DNA of 61,971 nt, filler included, from Sphacelaria rigidula (taxonomy: Eukaryota), in the NCBI GenBank assembly GCA_964200075.2. It is 7 parts of 7 records of this genome, joined end to end, with 100 filler letters (N's around TTAATTAATTAA, not from the genome) between each part and the next. Parts side by side here need not be neighbours in the genome. Positions count along the whole stretch, not along the records: positions 53,207 to 61,971 come from CAXNAA020010160.1; 6 more parts are not named here. The stretch is one strand, 5' to 3'. The position numbers and the translations under genes were made by a program. This document shows, piece by piece, positions 61,946 through 61,971 of this stretch (positions are counted from its first letter, which is position 1; each line of letters starts with the position of its first letter). The notes beneath the pieces are model-generated. The model was given only the letters and a program-made list of their open reading frames with translations, did no database searches and was not told where the DNA came from.

Positions 61946-61971
61946 GGCAAGTACGACGAGGCCGAGACACT
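61946..61971 (+). CDS. TPR array exon 8 (truncated by the window end)
   Basis: ttcag|ggc aag tac gac gag gcc gag aca (GKYDEAET), identical to the start of exon 4. Confidence 0.85.

Noticed and set aside
2401-61971. An immune gene cluster of EsV-1-7 + ROCO + TPR genes
   Set aside because: The three genes are on different, artificially concatenated contigs.

Overview
Eukaryotic, repeat-rich DNA that looks like a brown alga (Phaeophyceae). This is inferred from the EsV-1-7 repeats, the ROCO gene, the one-exon-per-repeat TPR gene and the TTAGGG motifs. The window is not one locus. It is seven size-sorted contigs (8769, 8769, 8768, 8768, 8766, 8766 and 8765 bp) joined by 100-nt N/TTAATTAATTAA/N spacers, so linkage across spacers means nothing. 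Contents by contig: (1) an EsV-1-7 C3H-repeat protein with ~17 repeats in one exon; (2) three exons of a ROCO (Roc-COR) GTPase; (3-4) mostly non-autonomous transposons and decayed coding relics; (5) a tRNA-derived SINE and four copies of a ~211-bp TGT...ACA MITE with 5-bp TSDs and internal telomere-like repeats, three of them inserted in or beside a CCCH-finger gag-like relic; (6) a decayed Ty3/Gypsy pol; (7) an array of 126-nt, phase-0 exons, each encoding one 42-aa TPR. The TPR array is the most notable part. It has a 4-exon higher-order repeat. Its introns hide decayed in-register TPR pseudo-exons. Two sister exons differ almost only by non-synonymous changes clustered in the last 9 codons, while the following 322-bp intron is nearly identical. 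This fits a diversifying, exon-shuffling receptor system.
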